A stretch of DNA of 64,000 bases from Candidatus Latescibacterota bacterium (GTDB taxonomy: Bacteria; Latescibacterota; UBA2968; UBA8231): contig OZ242318.1 of assembly GCA_965208105.1 (NCBI GenBank), forward strand, positions 384,001 to 448,000, written 5' to 3'. This document shows positions 39,497-49,988 of the stretch, piece by piece. The translations under genes and the position numbers were made by a program. Position 1 is the stretch's first letter; each line of letters begins with the position of its first letter. The notes below the pieces were generated by a model. It was not told the DNA's origin. It did not search any database and worked only from the letters and a program-made list of their open reading frames with translations.

Positions 39497-40681
39497 GTGG
39501 AAATTTTGGAACCGGTCCCATCGGGAACTCGGGAAACGGCGTTGAACCTGCTGCTCATCTCGATAGACAGCTTGCGACTGGATTGCGTGGGGCGGACCAA
39601 CCCGAAAATCCGGACCCCTCGTTTCGACCTCCTGACCCGTCCTTATTGCTTCTACGAGCGCTTCTTCTCGGTGTCCTCGGCCACCCGTCCAGTGCATACG
39701 AGCCTGTTCACCGGCCTCTACCCTTTTGAACACGGCATTCTCGGCCAACACTATTCCCGCACTCGCCAGGGGCTCTCCCATATCTTCGGGTTGTTCCGCC
39801 AGAAGGGGTTCGCCGTGGGTGCATTCTCCGAAGTACCCCAGATCTTCGCCAACCTGGACTTCGGGATCGATTCCCTGCATTCGGCCCCGGGGTTTCTCCG
39901 CCGCAACCCCCACACTCCCAAGTGCCTTTTCCTGCACTACTGGGGCGCCCACACACCTTACGGCGCCGCCGACGGCAGAGCTCTCGGAGAGACCGCCCGA
40001 TTGCTGAACCGGGGCCAGACCCGGACTGTCATCGCCAGATACACGGCTGCGGTCCAATTTCTTTTCGAAAACAAGCTAGTTCCTCTCCTCGAGCGTCTGG
40101 ACCCCCGGGAATGGTGTGTAATCATTCTCAGCGACCACGGCGAAAGCTGGACGCGAGAAGAACCATACCACGGGCAGACCTTGAGAAACTCGGTTATCCG
40201 CATTCCTTTCTATTTTCATCTCCCCGGAAGCGGCAATCCCCCACCTCCACGACCGCTTCTCTCCATCGTCGACATATTCCCCACCCTGGTCAATCTCTTC
40301 CACCTGCCGGTAAATTACCAGGGCTACGGAATGGACATCCGCCAGGATGGCCAACCGGACTACTATCTTGCGCAGATACATCCCGTCTCCGGAGGGGATG
40401 CCTGGTCGCCAAATCCGCAGGGGACGCGGCAGAGGGGGGACAGGCAGTGGGCGCTGTTCGACCTTCGGGGGAAATTCACCTACAATGAGGACAGCAAGGA
40501 AGGCCGGTTGGAGGATCCCCTTACAGAGGAATCATTGGACGACAGGGAGAGTTTCCGTTACTTGGCCGCCTATGAGAAAATGCTGGCGCAATCGTCCTAC
40601 GGGAGGCTGTCTTCGGGGTCCTCTTCCGAAGAAGAGAGAAATCTTCTGGATGAGCGCCTGCGGGAGCTGGGCTACATCTGA
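39497..40681 (+). CDS. Sulfatase-like alkaline phosphatase superfamily hydrolase
   Basis: NLLLISIDSLRLD, TRPVHTSLFTG, HTPY, SDHGE, C-terminal ERLRELGYI. Confidence 0.8.
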   Translation: MEILEPVPSGTRETALNLLLISIDSLRLDCVGRTNPKIRTPRFDLLTRPYCFYERFFSVSSATRPVHTSLFTGLYPFEHGILGQHYSRTRQGLSHIFGLFRQKGFAVGAFSEVPQIFANLDFGIDSLHSAPGFLRRNPHTPKCLFLHYWGAHTPYGAADGRALGETARLLNRGQTRTVIARYTAAVQFLFENKLVPLLERLDPREWCVIILSDHGESWTREEPYHGQTLRNSVIRIPFYFHLPGSGNPPPPRPLLSIVDIFPTLVNLFHLPVNYQGYGMDIRQDGQPDYYLAQIHPVSGGDAWSPNPQGTRQRGDRQWALFDLRGKFTYNEDSKEGRLEDPLTEESLDDRESFRYLAAYEKMLAQSSYGRLSSGSSSEEERNLLDERLRELGYI

Positions 40682-40685
40682 TCAA

Positions 40686-41183
40686 TCAGCGCGAGTATAC
40701 GACCGCGATATGCTCCAGGGTGTCCCCATCCATGTCCAGCATGGCAAAAGTGCTCCTTCCAAAGCGGCCCATCAGCTCTCCCGGGTTGATCAGGCGGCTT
40801 CTTCCCACCTGCTCGTCGCAGGCTATGTGGTCGTGTCCATAACAAACCAGGTCGTAGTTGCCTGCGCGGACCAATCCGCGCGCGATTTCAGGATAGTGCG
40901 TCATGGCAACGTGCCTGCCGGCCAAATCCAATTCTGCCAGTTCGCCATGCAGGATCACATGGTCATGGCGGGTGGCCTGCTCCGTGAGCAGCCACCTGTC
41001 CCCATCGTTGTTTCCCCAAACCACGTGAATGGGACCAGGAAATCCCTGCGCCAGCTGGACCAAGGTGAAGGGGGCACAAAAGTCTCCACAAAACAGCAGC
41101 ATGTCGGCTTCCCGCACGAGGGGAAGGGCACTCTCCAGGGCCCAGATATTGTCGTGGATATCGGAGCAGATGGCAATTTTCAT
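40686..41183 (-). CDS. YfcE/MJ0936-family metallophosphoesterase
   Basis: MKIAICSDIHDN, CGD, GNND, GHDH, INPGE. Confidence 0.9.
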   Translation of the reverse strand: MKIAICSDIHDNIWALESALPLVREADMLLFCGDFCAPFTLVQLAQGFPGPIHVVWGNNDGDRWLLTEQATRHDHVILHGELAELDLAGRHVAMTHYPEIARGLVRAGNYDLVCYGHDHIACDEQVGRSRLINPGELMGRFGRSTFAMLDMDGDTLEHIAVVYSR

Positions 41184-41818
41184 GTGGCCGACCTTCCCCT
41201 TTGGGCGGAGATGGGCGGTCCGGCCCCGGCAAGGTCTCCATCTCCCAGCCGGGCATGAATGTCCTGCCACCGGCGCTTGTAAGAGGGGTGGGCAAAATCG
41301 GGCACGAAGCCAAGTTGGAGATAGACCTTGATTGCGGCCATTCTGAAATCATCCGTTCTCAGAAAGATGGGACGATCCGGCAAGGATCTCGCAGCCACCA
41401 CTGCAGCAGCCGTTGCCTGGCGGCCCAGTCCCTTCCCCCTGTGCTTCGGGTCGCTGGCAACCCAGCCGATCTCCCAGCAATCTTCTCCGTTCAACCGACC
41501 CTCGTAGACGCCAGCTGCAGCCACAATCTGCCGGCCTGAAAGTATGAAAAATTGGGCGCTGTGTACGAGGTTTCCGCGAATTTCCGCGTCAATCCTTTCC
41601 ATGGACCACTTCCCCAACTCGCCATTTGCGTTGAGCAGGTTCACCCATTCCTCCTCATCACCCTTGCAGTATGAGCGCAGGTGATACCCCTCTTCCAATG
41701 CGCAGAGGGCGGGCGGTTCCGGATGAGGATACCGCATCACGAGCTGAGGCGCATGGTCCTTTCTAAAGTGTCCTGCCTTTCCAGTCAGAAATTGAAAAAT
41801 GGTTTTGGCTCGTTTCAC
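41180..41818 (-). CDS. GNAT-family N-acetyltransferase
   Basis: WVASDPKHRGKGLGR acetyl-CoA motif, LRTDDFR..AIKVY..LGF; start uncertain. Confidence 0.85.
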   Translation of the reverse strand: MKRAKTIFQFLTGKAGHFRKDHAPQLVMRYPHPEPPALCALEEGYHLRSYCKGDEEEWVNLLNANGELGKWSMERIDAEIRGNLVHSAQFFILSGRQIVAAAGVYEGRLNGEDCWEIGWVASDPKHRGKGLGRQATAAAVVAARSLPDRPIFLRTDDFRMAAIKVYLQLGFVPDFAHPSYKRRWQDIHARLGDGDLAGAGPPISAQRGRSAT

Positions 41819-41819
41819 T

Positions 41820-42227
41820 TTATCGTTCCGGACCGACGCGGCGATAGATTGATGATTTATATTTCTGGGGATGGTGCGGCTGGAGAACGACGATTTCGCA
41901 ATCTGGAAATGCTTCTCGCAAACCGGAAGGAGCCTTCTGATCATAGCCAAGGGCAATTATGTCGGGATCGATTTCCTCCACGACCTTGAGGAAATTCCCA
42001 CCCGGGTAGCCCAGTTTTACCTCTATGGCGAGGTCCAGCTCGACGATGCGGGCTTTGCGCTGCTCCTCCACATGATCAGGATAGGCACCTTTGATCCGTT
42101 TGACGTTCTCGTCGCGCGCAACCACGACAACTAGTTCCGTGCCAAGGGCTCGGGCCTGCTCGAGGAAGAAAATGTGGCCAGGGTGAAGGTAGTCAAAGGT
42201 CCCACAGCACAATACGCGCTTGCCCAT
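41820..42227 (-). CDS. ribL: Archaeal-type FAD synthase (RibL-like cytidylyltransferase family)
   Basis: KRVL..GTFDYLHPGH..FL.QA..LG.ELVVVVARD..V..IKG...EEQR...PDIIALGYDQ...KYKSS. Confidence 0.75.
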   Translation of the reverse strand: MGKRVLCCGTFDYLHPGHIFFLEQARALGTELVVVVARDENVKRIKGAYPDHVEEQRKARIVELDLAIEVKLGYPGGNFLKVVEEIDPDIIALGYDQKAPSGLREAFPDCEIVVLQPHHPQKYKSSIYRRVGPER

Positions 42228-42248
42228 TAGCGAACCCTTCCCACCCGG

Positions 42249-42746
42249 CTACAATTTTTCATTGGATTTGCGATCGATCCAAAAATTCTGAGCCCTGTCC
42301 TGCTGGAATATCACCCCGAAGCGCCGGGCATCGAGCCTGGTCCGGAAGTATCCAATGCGTACTCTCACTGCTTCCTTTTCGGGGAAAGCGATGGCATAGG
42401 CAGGATATCCTTCGGCGCGAAGTTCGCGCACGATCCGGCTCGCCACCTGAGCATTTTTGTAAACGCCTATCTGGACGGTGAACTCCCCTTGCGGATCGTA
42501 GACGATGGGAGCCGTACTGTCAGGATCATCCCCTTGAATTTGGACTTCTCCATCCCTTTCCGGTTCGCCCTTGCTCCCATCTTCTTCAAGCATGACCAAC
42601 TCGTACTTGCCCTCGTCTTCCATGCCCAGCTCATCTCTGCCGTCGATCTCGCCGCCATCACATCCCAGCCAGCAAGTACACAGAATGGCACACAATTGCC
42701 ACCTCCAACCATCGAAAGAGAGTATACCGATTTTCAGGCTTTCCAT
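42249..42746 (-). CDS. SPOR-domain (peptidoglycan-binding) lipoprotein
   Basis: Lipobox-like WLGC, acidic linker, FTVQIGVY...A...LR..GYPAY...RVRIGYF. Confidence 0.8.
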   Translation of the reverse strand: MESLKIGILSFDGWRWQLCAILCTCWLGCDGGEIDGRDELGMEDEGKYELVMLEEDGSKGEPERDGEVQIQGDDPDSTAPIVYDPQGEFTVQIGVYKNAQVASRIVRELRAEGYPAYAIAFPEKEAVRVRIGYFRTRLDARRFGVIFQQDRAQNFWIDRKSNEKL

Positions 42747-42752
42747 GGGAGC

Positions 42753-44042
42753 TCAATGAATGGCCTGGAGGGCTTCGTAGTGAACGCGCAGAGTCTGTTC
42801 AACATCGTCGTCGGTGTGTACGGCCGAGGGAAAGATGCACTCGAATTGCGACGGTGCGAGGTAGATGCCACGCTGAAGTGATTCCCAGAAGTAGCGGCTG
42901 AAGAGAGCGGTATCAGCGGCGCTTGCGCTGCGAAAATTCACGATTTTTTCTTCGGAAAAGAACATGCACATCATTGATCCGACGCGGTTCAGGCCATACT
43001 CGAGGCCCAGGCTCTTCAGGTTGGCCTGCATCCCCTGTGCCAAACCGTGGGAAATATTCTCCAGGTTCTTGTAAACGCCAGGCTCGCACAACATCTTCAG
43101 TTGCTCGAGACCCGCCGCCATGGCCAGAGGATTTCCCGAAAGCGTGCCGGCCTGGGAAATCTTCATGCCCAGGGGAGCCACATTCTGCATGATCTCCTTC
43201 TTCCCTCCATACGCTCCTACGGGCAGGCCTCCTCCAACGATTTTTCCCAGACAGGTCATGTCCGGAACTACGCCATAGTACTCCTGGGCGCCACCGGCGG
43301 CCAGGCGGAACCCCGTTATTACTTCGTCGAAGATAAGGATGATCTCTTCCTCGGAAGAAACTCTCCTCAAGCCTTCCAAAAATCCCTCACGAGGCGGGAC
43401 GGTTCCCATATTTCCTGCCACGGGCTCGACGATAATAGCCGCTATTTCACCGCGATTGTCCTTGACGGCATGCTCGACGGCGGCCAGGTCGTTGTAAGGG
43501 AGGGCGAGGGTATTGGCGGCGACATCCCGGGGAACCCCAGGGCTGTCGGGCACTCCCATTGTAAGGGCTGATGAGCCGGCCTTTATTAGGAAACTATCCC
43601 CGTGTCCGTGCCAACATCCTTCGAATTTCAGGACCTTGGCTCGTCCGCTGTAACCCCTGGCCACCCGCACTGCGGACATGGTCGCCTCCGTTCCCGAGTT
43701 GACCATTCTCACCATCTCGATACCCGGGACCATATCGACGACCTGCCGGGCAAGGGAGGTTTCCACCAGTGTGGGCGCCCCGAAGCTCGTGCCGCGCTGG
43801 ATGGCATCCGTCACGGCATTTACGACCCTTGGATGTGCGTGGCCGAATATCAGCGGACCCCAGGAGCATACGTAGTCCACGTATTCGTTGCCGTCGATAT
43901 CGAACAGGTGAGACCCCGAGCCCCGCTGGATAAAGGGAGGAGTTCCCCCTACCGCGGAAAAGGCGCGGGCGGGACTATTGACTCCCCCGGGAGAATAGCG
44001 CTGGGCTTCGGCAAAGGCCTGTGCCGACTGTTCGGATTTCAT
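42753..44042 (-). CDS. hemL: Glutamate-1-semialdehyde 2,1-aminomutase
   Basis: PGGVNSPARAF, SWGPLIFGH, VNSGTEATMSA, FDEVITGFR, LGKIVGGGLP, GTLSGNP. Confidence 0.97.
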   Translation of the reverse strand: MKSEQSAQAFAEAQRYSPGGVNSPARAFSAVGGTPPFIQRGSGSHLFDIDGNEYVDYVCSWGPLIFGHAHPRVVNAVTDAIQRGTSFGAPTLVETSLARQVVDMVPGIEMVRMVNSGTEATMSAVRVARGYSGRAKVLKFEGCWHGHGDSFLIKAGSSALTMGVPDSPGVPRDVAANTLALPYNDLAAVEHAVKDNRGEIAAIIVEPVAGNMGTVPPREGFLEGLRRVSSEEEIILIFDEVITGFRLAAGGAQEYYGVVPDMTCLGKIVGGGLPVGAYGGKKEIMQNVAPLGMKISQAGTLSGNPLAMAAGLEQLKMLCEPGVYKNLENISHGLAQGMQANLKSLGLEYGLNRVGSMMCMFFSEEKIVNFRSASAADTALFSRYFWESLQRGIYLAPSQFECIFPSAVHTDDDVEQTLRVHYEALQAIH

Positions 44043-44280
44043 TTGGTTCTCCTCGGGGCTTCTCCGCCAATTTCACCGCGGGACCCGGTGCCGACGTGCT
44101 CCCGCCAAGCCAGGGAAAAATAGCACAAAACCGATTAAGAATCAACTCCTTACACCTTTTCCAAAACCACCTGCCCGGCGAGATACATCCCATCCTGGAA
44201 TAGGTGGAATAGGACCGGATATGGTTCCCGGATCGGCTTACTTGCCCGCCGCAATCATTACCTGTAGTTTTCCTTAACCT

Positions 44281-45015
44281 ATGAACCCGCTGGACCGCAT
44301 TACCGTAGTTCTCGTGGAACCGTCTACTCCGGGAAACATCGGCTCAACGGCTCGAGTCCTGAAAAACACCGGCATCTCCCGGCTCGTCCTGGTAAAGCCC
44401 TGTCCCTGGGATACCCCGGAAGCCCGCCGGATGGCCCACGGCTCCGGGGAAATCCTCGACGCATGCAGAACCTGCCCCGACCTGAACACTGCCGTGGCGG
44501 ACGCACACTTCGTCATCGGTACTACCCACCGCCTCGGCCGTTTCAGAGAGGTCTGCTCAACTCCGCGCCAATCCATCGCCAGAGTTGCTTCCCTTGCCCA
44601 CCACCATGAGGTTGCGATTGTCTTCGGCCGTGAGAAAGACGGATTGTGGCGCAATGAAATTGATTCCTGCCACCAGCTGATCCGCTTTCCGTCTGCGACC
44701 TCATTCCCTTCCTTCAACCTCTCCCATGCCGTTCTCCTGTTCACCTATGAGCTGTTTCATGCGGTTCGAGGGGCTGAAGTTCCCGAGAGAAAAAACCTTG
44801 CCACTGCAGCCGAACGCGAACGACTATACCAACACCTGGGAGAAGCCATGGACGCCGTTGAGTTCAACCACTTCAATGACAATCCCCGGCATTTCACCCG
44901 AATTTTAAGGGGTTTATTCAATCGTATCGAGCTGGAGAAGCGGGATGTAATGGCGGTCCACAAAATCTGCGGACAAATCCGGAAATTTGCGGCCAGGCAT
45001 AAGACCATTGCATAG
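44281..45015 (+). CDS. trmJ: SPOUT tRNA/rRNA methyltransferase, TrmJ family
   Basis: VVLVEP..PGNIGS.AR..KN.G, AIVFGRE..GL, PSFNLSHAV. Confidence 0.88.
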   Translation: MNPLDRITVVLVEPSTPGNIGSTARVLKNTGISRLVLVKPCPWDTPEARRMAHGSGEILDACRTCPDLNTAVADAHFVIGTTHRLGRFREVCSTPRQSIARVASLAHHHEVAIVFGREKDGLWRNEIDSCHQLIRFPSATSFPSFNLSHAVLLFTYELFHAVRGAEVPERKNLATAAERERLYQHLGEAMDAVEFNHFNDNPRHFTRILRGLFNRIELEKRDVMAVHKICGQIRKFAARHKTIA

Positions 45016-45216
45016 TTTGGTGAAGGCCAGCCCGCATCACAACCACCCAATCCGAATTTGGTCGGCCTCTCTTCCAGTCTCGTTCAGGCAATTGCCTGGA
45101 TCAGACCGTGGATACATTCCCCATCATCCTTGGCTGACGAGGGAACCTGCCGTGGTCCAAATTTCACATGGAGTCCAGCGAATTCCTATGGAGGGATTGC
45201 AAATTCCCCGGGAATC

Positions 45217-48087
45217 CTAATCGAATTCCTCCGGAGCAACGCAGGAACAAATGAATTGGCGATCTCCCAACGCGTTGTTTACTCGGCCAACCGAGGGCCA
45301 GAACTTGTGCTCCCTGAGCCAGGGAGCCGGCATGACCGCTTTCTGGCGGGTATATGGATAACCCCATTCATCGGAGACCGCCATGTCCTGGGTGTGTGGA
45401 GCATTCTTGAGAAGGTTGTCCTCCCGATCGGCGTCGCCTCTGATGATCTCTTCAATTTCGTCATGGATTGATGTCATTGCTTGGCAGAACCGGTCCAGTT
45501 CGGTCTTGGATTCACTCTCTGTAGGTTCGACCATCAGCGTTCCAACCACGGGAAAGCTGACAGTAGGTGCATGGTAGCCATAGTCCATGAGGCGCTTGGC
45601 CACATCCTCCACAGTGATGCCTGCCGGGGCTTTGAAATGACGAAGGTCGAGGATGCATTCATGGGCAACCAGGCCGTTCTTCCCCCTGTAAAGGACCGGG
45701 AAGAATGAACTTAGTCTGGCAGCCATGTAATTTGCACTCAGGATAGCGACCTGGGTCGCCCTGGTTAGACCTTCAGTTCCCATCAGCTTCAAATAGGCCC
45801 AGGAAATAAGCAATATTACCGCGCTTCCCCAGGGAGCGGAGGCGATGGCTCCTATGCCCCGTTCTCCGCCGGTTTGGACTACAGGGTGGGTGGGAAGGAA
45901 ATCTGCAAGGTGTTCTCCCACAGCTATTGGACCCATACCGGGTCCTCCGCCACCGTGGGGAATGCAAAAGGTCTTGTGAAGATTCAAGTGACACACATCT
46001 ATGCCGATTTCCGCCGGCCGGCATAGTCCCACCAGGGCGTTCATGTTCGCCCCGTCCATATACACCAGACCTCCACGTTCGTGCACTGCCTCGCAGATTT
46101 CTTTGATACCTGTTTCAAACACCCCGTGGGTCGAGGGATATGTAACCATCAGTGCAGCCAGCCTGTCGCCGTATTTGCCAGCTTTCCGGCGCAGATCCTC
46201 CAAATCGATATTGCCTTGTTTATCACAGGCCACAACCACTACCTGGCATCCTGCCATTACCGCGCTGGCCGGGTTGGTGCCATGGGCAGATGCAGGGATC
46301 AGGCATACGTCCCGGTGTGCCTGTTTTCTGCTCTCGTGGTACCTGCGTATGACGAGAAGTCCGGAGAATTCTCCCTGCGAGCCGGCGTTGGGCTGCAGAG
46401 AAACCGCATTGAAGCCGGTGATTTCCTTAAGCATCTCCGCCAGTTCGGCAAAGACCACCTGATAGCCATTTGCCTGGTCTTTCGGAACGAATGGATGCAA
46501 ACAGGCAAACTGCGGCCAGGTGGTCGGCATCATTTCTATTGTGGCATTGAGCTTCATTGTACATGAGCCCAACGGAATCATTGAGGTCGTCAGTGACAGA
46601 TCCCGCGCCTCCAGACGCCTCATGTAACGCAACATTTCTGTTTCCGAGTGGTAAGTGTTAAATCGAGGGTGAGTCAGAAAGGGGGATTGCCTCCTGTGGA
46701 CTTGATCCCAGGCCATCCAGCCGGACGGTACCTCGTCGGTCATGGAGAAACCGCATTCCTCTTCCCCTGCAAGAATTTTCACGATTAAATCGGCATCCTC
46801 CTCACTGGTAGTTTCGTCGAGAGTGATGCCTATATTCCGGGAATCTATCTGGCGGAAATTGACCTTGCAGGCAAGAGCTCTCCTGACCACCCTCTTGAGA
46901 TCCTCGGTTTTCATCCTCAGGCAAAGAGTATCGAAGAACTGCTTGTGTACCACTTCATAACCCAACTTCATTGCCCTGTGCGCCAGAGCACGTGCGATGG
47001 CGTGGGTACGTTCTGCTGTTCTCTTGAGTCCTTTTGGACCATGATAGACTGCGTACATGCTTGCGACCACGGCTGGCAGTACTTCGGCCGTGCATATATT
47101 GCTGGTAGCTCGCTCCCTCTTGATGTGCTGCTCGCGGGTCTGGAGCGCCATTCGCAGAGCCGTTTTCCCCTTGCAGTCCTGGGAAACGCCAATAATTCTC
47201 CCCGGAACAAAGCGTTTATAAGCTTCCCGGGTGGCGAAGAAGGCCGCGTGAGGGCCGCCGTAACCCATGGGCATTCCCAGGCGCTGAGTGTTTCCAACAA
47301 CCACATCGGCTCCGAATTCTCCAGGGGGAGTGAGCAAGGTCAGGCTGAGGACATCTGCGGCAACTGCCACCAGGGCGCTGTTTGCGTGCATCTGGTCACA
47401 GAAATCTCTGTAGTCGCATATTGCCCCTTTGGTCGTTGGATATTGCAAGAGTGCGCCGAATACAGGATCGCGGGAATCAAGCTCGGCAGGTTCCCCTACT
47501 ATTACCTTCCAGCCGCGCGCTCGGGCCCGAGTCCGAACGACGGCAATGGTCTGGGGGTGGCAATCGGCGGACACAAAGAAAGAATGCCCTTCTCCCTTCT
47601 TCTGGATGTCGTGCATCATTGCCATGGCCTCGGCTGCGGCAGAACTCTCGTCCAGCAAGGAAGCATTGGCGATTTCCATGCCCGTCAGGTCGATAATCAT
47701 GGTCTGAAAATTGAGCAGAGCTTCGAGGCGTCCCTGGGCAATCTCCGGCTGGTATGGAGTATAGTGGGTGTACCAGCTGGGATTTTCCAGTATATTGCGT
47801 TGAATTACTCCCGGGGTTATACAGCCGGCGTATCCCATCCCGATGAAGGATCGGTAAAGCATATTTTTTTCCGCAATATCGGTCATCTCCCCCAGCACTT
47901 GATACTCGGTCTTGCCTTTCCCGATGTCGAGCGGCTTTTTCAGGCGGATCTGCGCTGGCAGGGCACGGTTGGACAAATCCTCCAGCGAGTCAACGCCCAC
48001 CTGCTCGAGCATCCGGGCAATCTCTTCCCTGCCCGGCCCTATGTGGCGGTGGGAAAATCCATCGAGTTGGTCGGCCTCATTCTCCAT
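45217..48087 (-). CDS. gcvP: Glycine dehydrogenase (decarboxylating), P protein
   Basis: [60 protein letters not shown]. Confidence 0.97.
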   Translation of the reverse strand: MENEADQLDGFSHRHIGPGREEIARMLEQVGVDSLEDLSNRALPAQIRLKKPLDIGKGKTEYQVLGEMTDIAEKNMLYRSFIGMGYAGCITPGVIQRNILENPSWYTHYTPYQPEIAQGRLEALLNFQTMIIDLTGMEIANASLLDESSAAAEAMAMMHDIQKKGEGHSFFVSADCHPQTIAVVRTRARARGWKVIVGEPAELDSRDPVFGALLQYPTTKGAICDYRDFCDQMHANSALVAVAADVLSLTLLTPPGEFGADVVVGNTQRLGMPMGYGGPHAAFFATREAYKRFVPGRIIGVSQDCKGKTALRMALQTREQHIKRERATSNICTAEVLPAVVASMYAVYHGPKGLKRTAERTHAIARALAHRAMKLGYEVVHKQFFDTLCLRMKTEDLKRVVRRALACKVNFRQIDSRNIGITLDETTSEEDADLIVKILAGEEECGFSMTDEVPSGWMAWDQVHRRQSPFLTHPRFNTYHSETEMLRYMRRLEARDLSLTTSMIPLGSCTMKLNATIEMMPTTWPQFACLHPFVPKDQANGYQVVFAELAEMLKEITGFNAVSLQPNAGSQGEFSGLLVIRRYHESRKQAHRDVCLIPASAHGTNPASAVMAGCQVVVVACDKQGNIDLEDLRRKAGKYGDRLAALMVTYPSTHGVFETGIKEICEAVHERGGLVYMDGANMNALVGLCRPAEIGIDVCHLNLHKTFCIPHGGGGPGMGPIAVGEHLADFLPTHPVVQTGGERGIGAIASAPWGSAVILLISWAYLKLMGTEGLTRATQVAILSANYMAARLSSFFPVLYRGKNGLVAHECILDLRHFKAPAGITVEDVAKRLMDYGYHAPTVSFPVVGTLMVEPTESESKTELDRFCQAMTSIHDEIEEIIRGDADREDNLLKNAPHTQDMAVSDEWGYPYTRQKAVMPAPWLREHKFWPSVGRVNNALGDRQFICSCVAPEEFD

Positions 48088-48108
48088 AGCGTAAATCTCA
48101 ATTCCTCC

Positions 48109-49221
48109 CTATTTTCTCACCTTTGAGGCCACAAAGGGCAGGCGAACCACCTTTGCCCTCCGTAGCTTTCCCCGCATATCGATCTTCAGCGCTGTCCCTC
48201 TCTTTTTACACCCCGGCTCCACGAAGGCGAGCCCGATGCCTGCCTCAAGGCTGGGAGAAAAAGTTCCGCTGCTGACTGTTCCGATCTCCTCCCCCCGGCA
48301 GTTGCAGACTGTATACCCCGGCCTCGGGATTGCCCTTTCCAACATGCGGAAACCCACGAGACTCCGATAGCTTCTCTCCTTTTTTTTCTTCAACAGGGCA
48401 TTCTTGCCGATGAAGTTATCCTCCTTGTCGAGTTTCAAGGTCCAGGACAATCCAGCTTCGAGCGGCGATTTGTTTTGATCCAGTTCCTGGCCATAGAGGC
48501 AATAGCCCATTTCAGTGCGGAGCACATCGCGCGCGCCCAACCCGCAGGGCTGGGCTCCATAATTCCGCAGGGCTGACCATATCTTTCTCAAACTGCCTGA
48601 TTCACAGATCAGCTCAAATCCATCCTCACCGGTATAGCCGCTGCGGCTCACAAGCGCTTCTTCTCCCTCGATATCCACGCTGCAAAATCCGAAGTATTGC
48701 AAGTCGCGCAGATGGTTTCCACCGATGGAGCTCATCAGGCCTTCGGCTTGGGGCCCTTGAACAGTGAGCATTCCCTTTCCATCGCTGAGATTGCGGATCT
48801 CCACCCCGGAGAATTTCCTGGCCAATTCGAGCAACCACGCTTCGTCGGATTGAATTCGGCCGGCATTTACAATTAGCAGGTACTCCTTGCTTGAAAGACG
48901 ATAAACGGTCAGATCATCGAGGGTTCCGCCATGTTTATTGCAAAGAACCGCATACAGCATCTTTCCCTTCTCAAGACCAGCGATGTTCCCAGGCGATGAA
49001 TATTCGAGTAGCTCCAGACAATTTCTCCCGCTAACGAGGATCTGCCCCATGTGCGATACATCGAAGATGCCCGCGGAATTGCGAACGACCATGCATTCGT
49101 CGTGTATGCCGCTGTACTTGAGCGGCATTTCCCACCCGGCAAAAGCGGTCATGCTTGCGCCGATTCTCACATGGGAATGGTACAATGGGGTGCGTTGCAA
49201 TTGGTCACCATGCATGGACAT
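48109..49221 (-). CDS. gcvT: Glycine cleavage system T protein (aminomethyltransferase)
   Basis: RTPL, FAGWEMP..Y, FDVSHMG, SRSGYTGEDGFE, GLGARD.LR.E. Confidence 0.96.
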   Translation of the reverse strand: MSMHGDQLQRTPLYHSHVRIGASMTAFAGWEMPLKYSGIHDECMVVRNSAGIFDVSHMGQILVSGRNCLELLEYSSPGNIAGLEKGKMLYAVLCNKHGGTLDDLTVYRLSSKEYLLIVNAGRIQSDEAWLLELARKFSGVEIRNLSDGKGMLTVQGPQAEGLMSSIGGNHLRDLQYFGFCSVDIEGEEALVSRSGYTGEDGFELICESGSLRKIWSALRNYGAQPCGLGARDVLRTEMGYCLYGQELDQNKSPLEAGLSWTLKLDKEDNFIGKNALLKKKKERSYRSLVGFRMLERAIPRPGYTVCNCRGEEIGTVSSGTFSPSLEAGIGLAFVEPGCKKRGTALKIDMRGKLRRAKVVRLPFVASKVRK

Positions 49222-49232
49222 TGAAACTGTTT

Positions 49233-49862
49233 CTAAACCTGTTTGGCAACCGTGAATCCTTGAACCTGACCCGGATCCCTCAGCTTGGGCCACAGATGCT
49301 CCGCTTCCCTCCGCAGGTCCTGGAGACTGCCATTGTTTTCCACCACCCAATCCGCCCTGGCCGTCTTTTCTTCTACGGGCATCTGGCAGGCCATGCGCCG
49401 CCGGACCTCGGCTTCGCTGATCATGCCTCCCCTGATCAGTCGTTCGATCCTCACCTCCTCCTTTGCGTCGACTACCACAATTGCGTCGAAGCGCTGCAAA
49501 TCACCCCACTCGAAAATTAGAGCTGCATCAACTACGACCACATTCTCGCTGCCGGGGTTCCTTGCCCTGTCAATTTGATTTTTGAGTTCTTTTTCCAGAA
49601 GAGGATGGACAATCTGGTTCAAGCGGGTGCAGCTGGCTTCATCTGCAAAGGCACGACGTCCGAGTTCGCGCCTGTTCAGTTTGCCGGCAGGGTTGATCAG
49701 GTCCTCACCGAAGGCTGCCAGAAGATCCCTGAGGATTTCAGGCCTTTCGATTACCTGGTGACCGACGCGGTCGGCGTCGATGCGCTTCGCACCGAGCTCT
49801 TCGAGCTCGCGGGCAAACGAAGACTTTCCCGAACCCATGCCGCCGGTTATGCCGACAATCAT
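49233..49862 (-). CDS. coaE: Dephospho-CoA kinase
   Basis: VGITGGMGSGKS, IDAD, LN.IVHP, DAALIFE, AD.VVEN.GS. Confidence 0.95.
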   Translation of the reverse strand: MIVGITGGMGSGKSSFARELEELGAKRIDADRVGHQVIERPEILRDLLAAFGEDLINPAGKLNRRELGRRAFADEASCTRLNQIVHPLLEKELKNQIDRARNPGSENVVVVDAALIFEWGDLQRFDAIVVVDAKEEVRIERLIRGGMISEAEVRRRMACQMPVEEKTARADWVVENNGSLQDLRREAEHLWPKLRDPGQVQGFTVAKQV

Positions 49863-49988
49863 TTGGCAATTATTCTATGGGGATGAACAGGAATGGCCGG
49901 AATGCCACTGATTATATTGCGGGAAAACAGATTAATCTACACGGCAAAATTGAAGGAACGGAACCAGCTCTGAAATGACCGGGAACCT

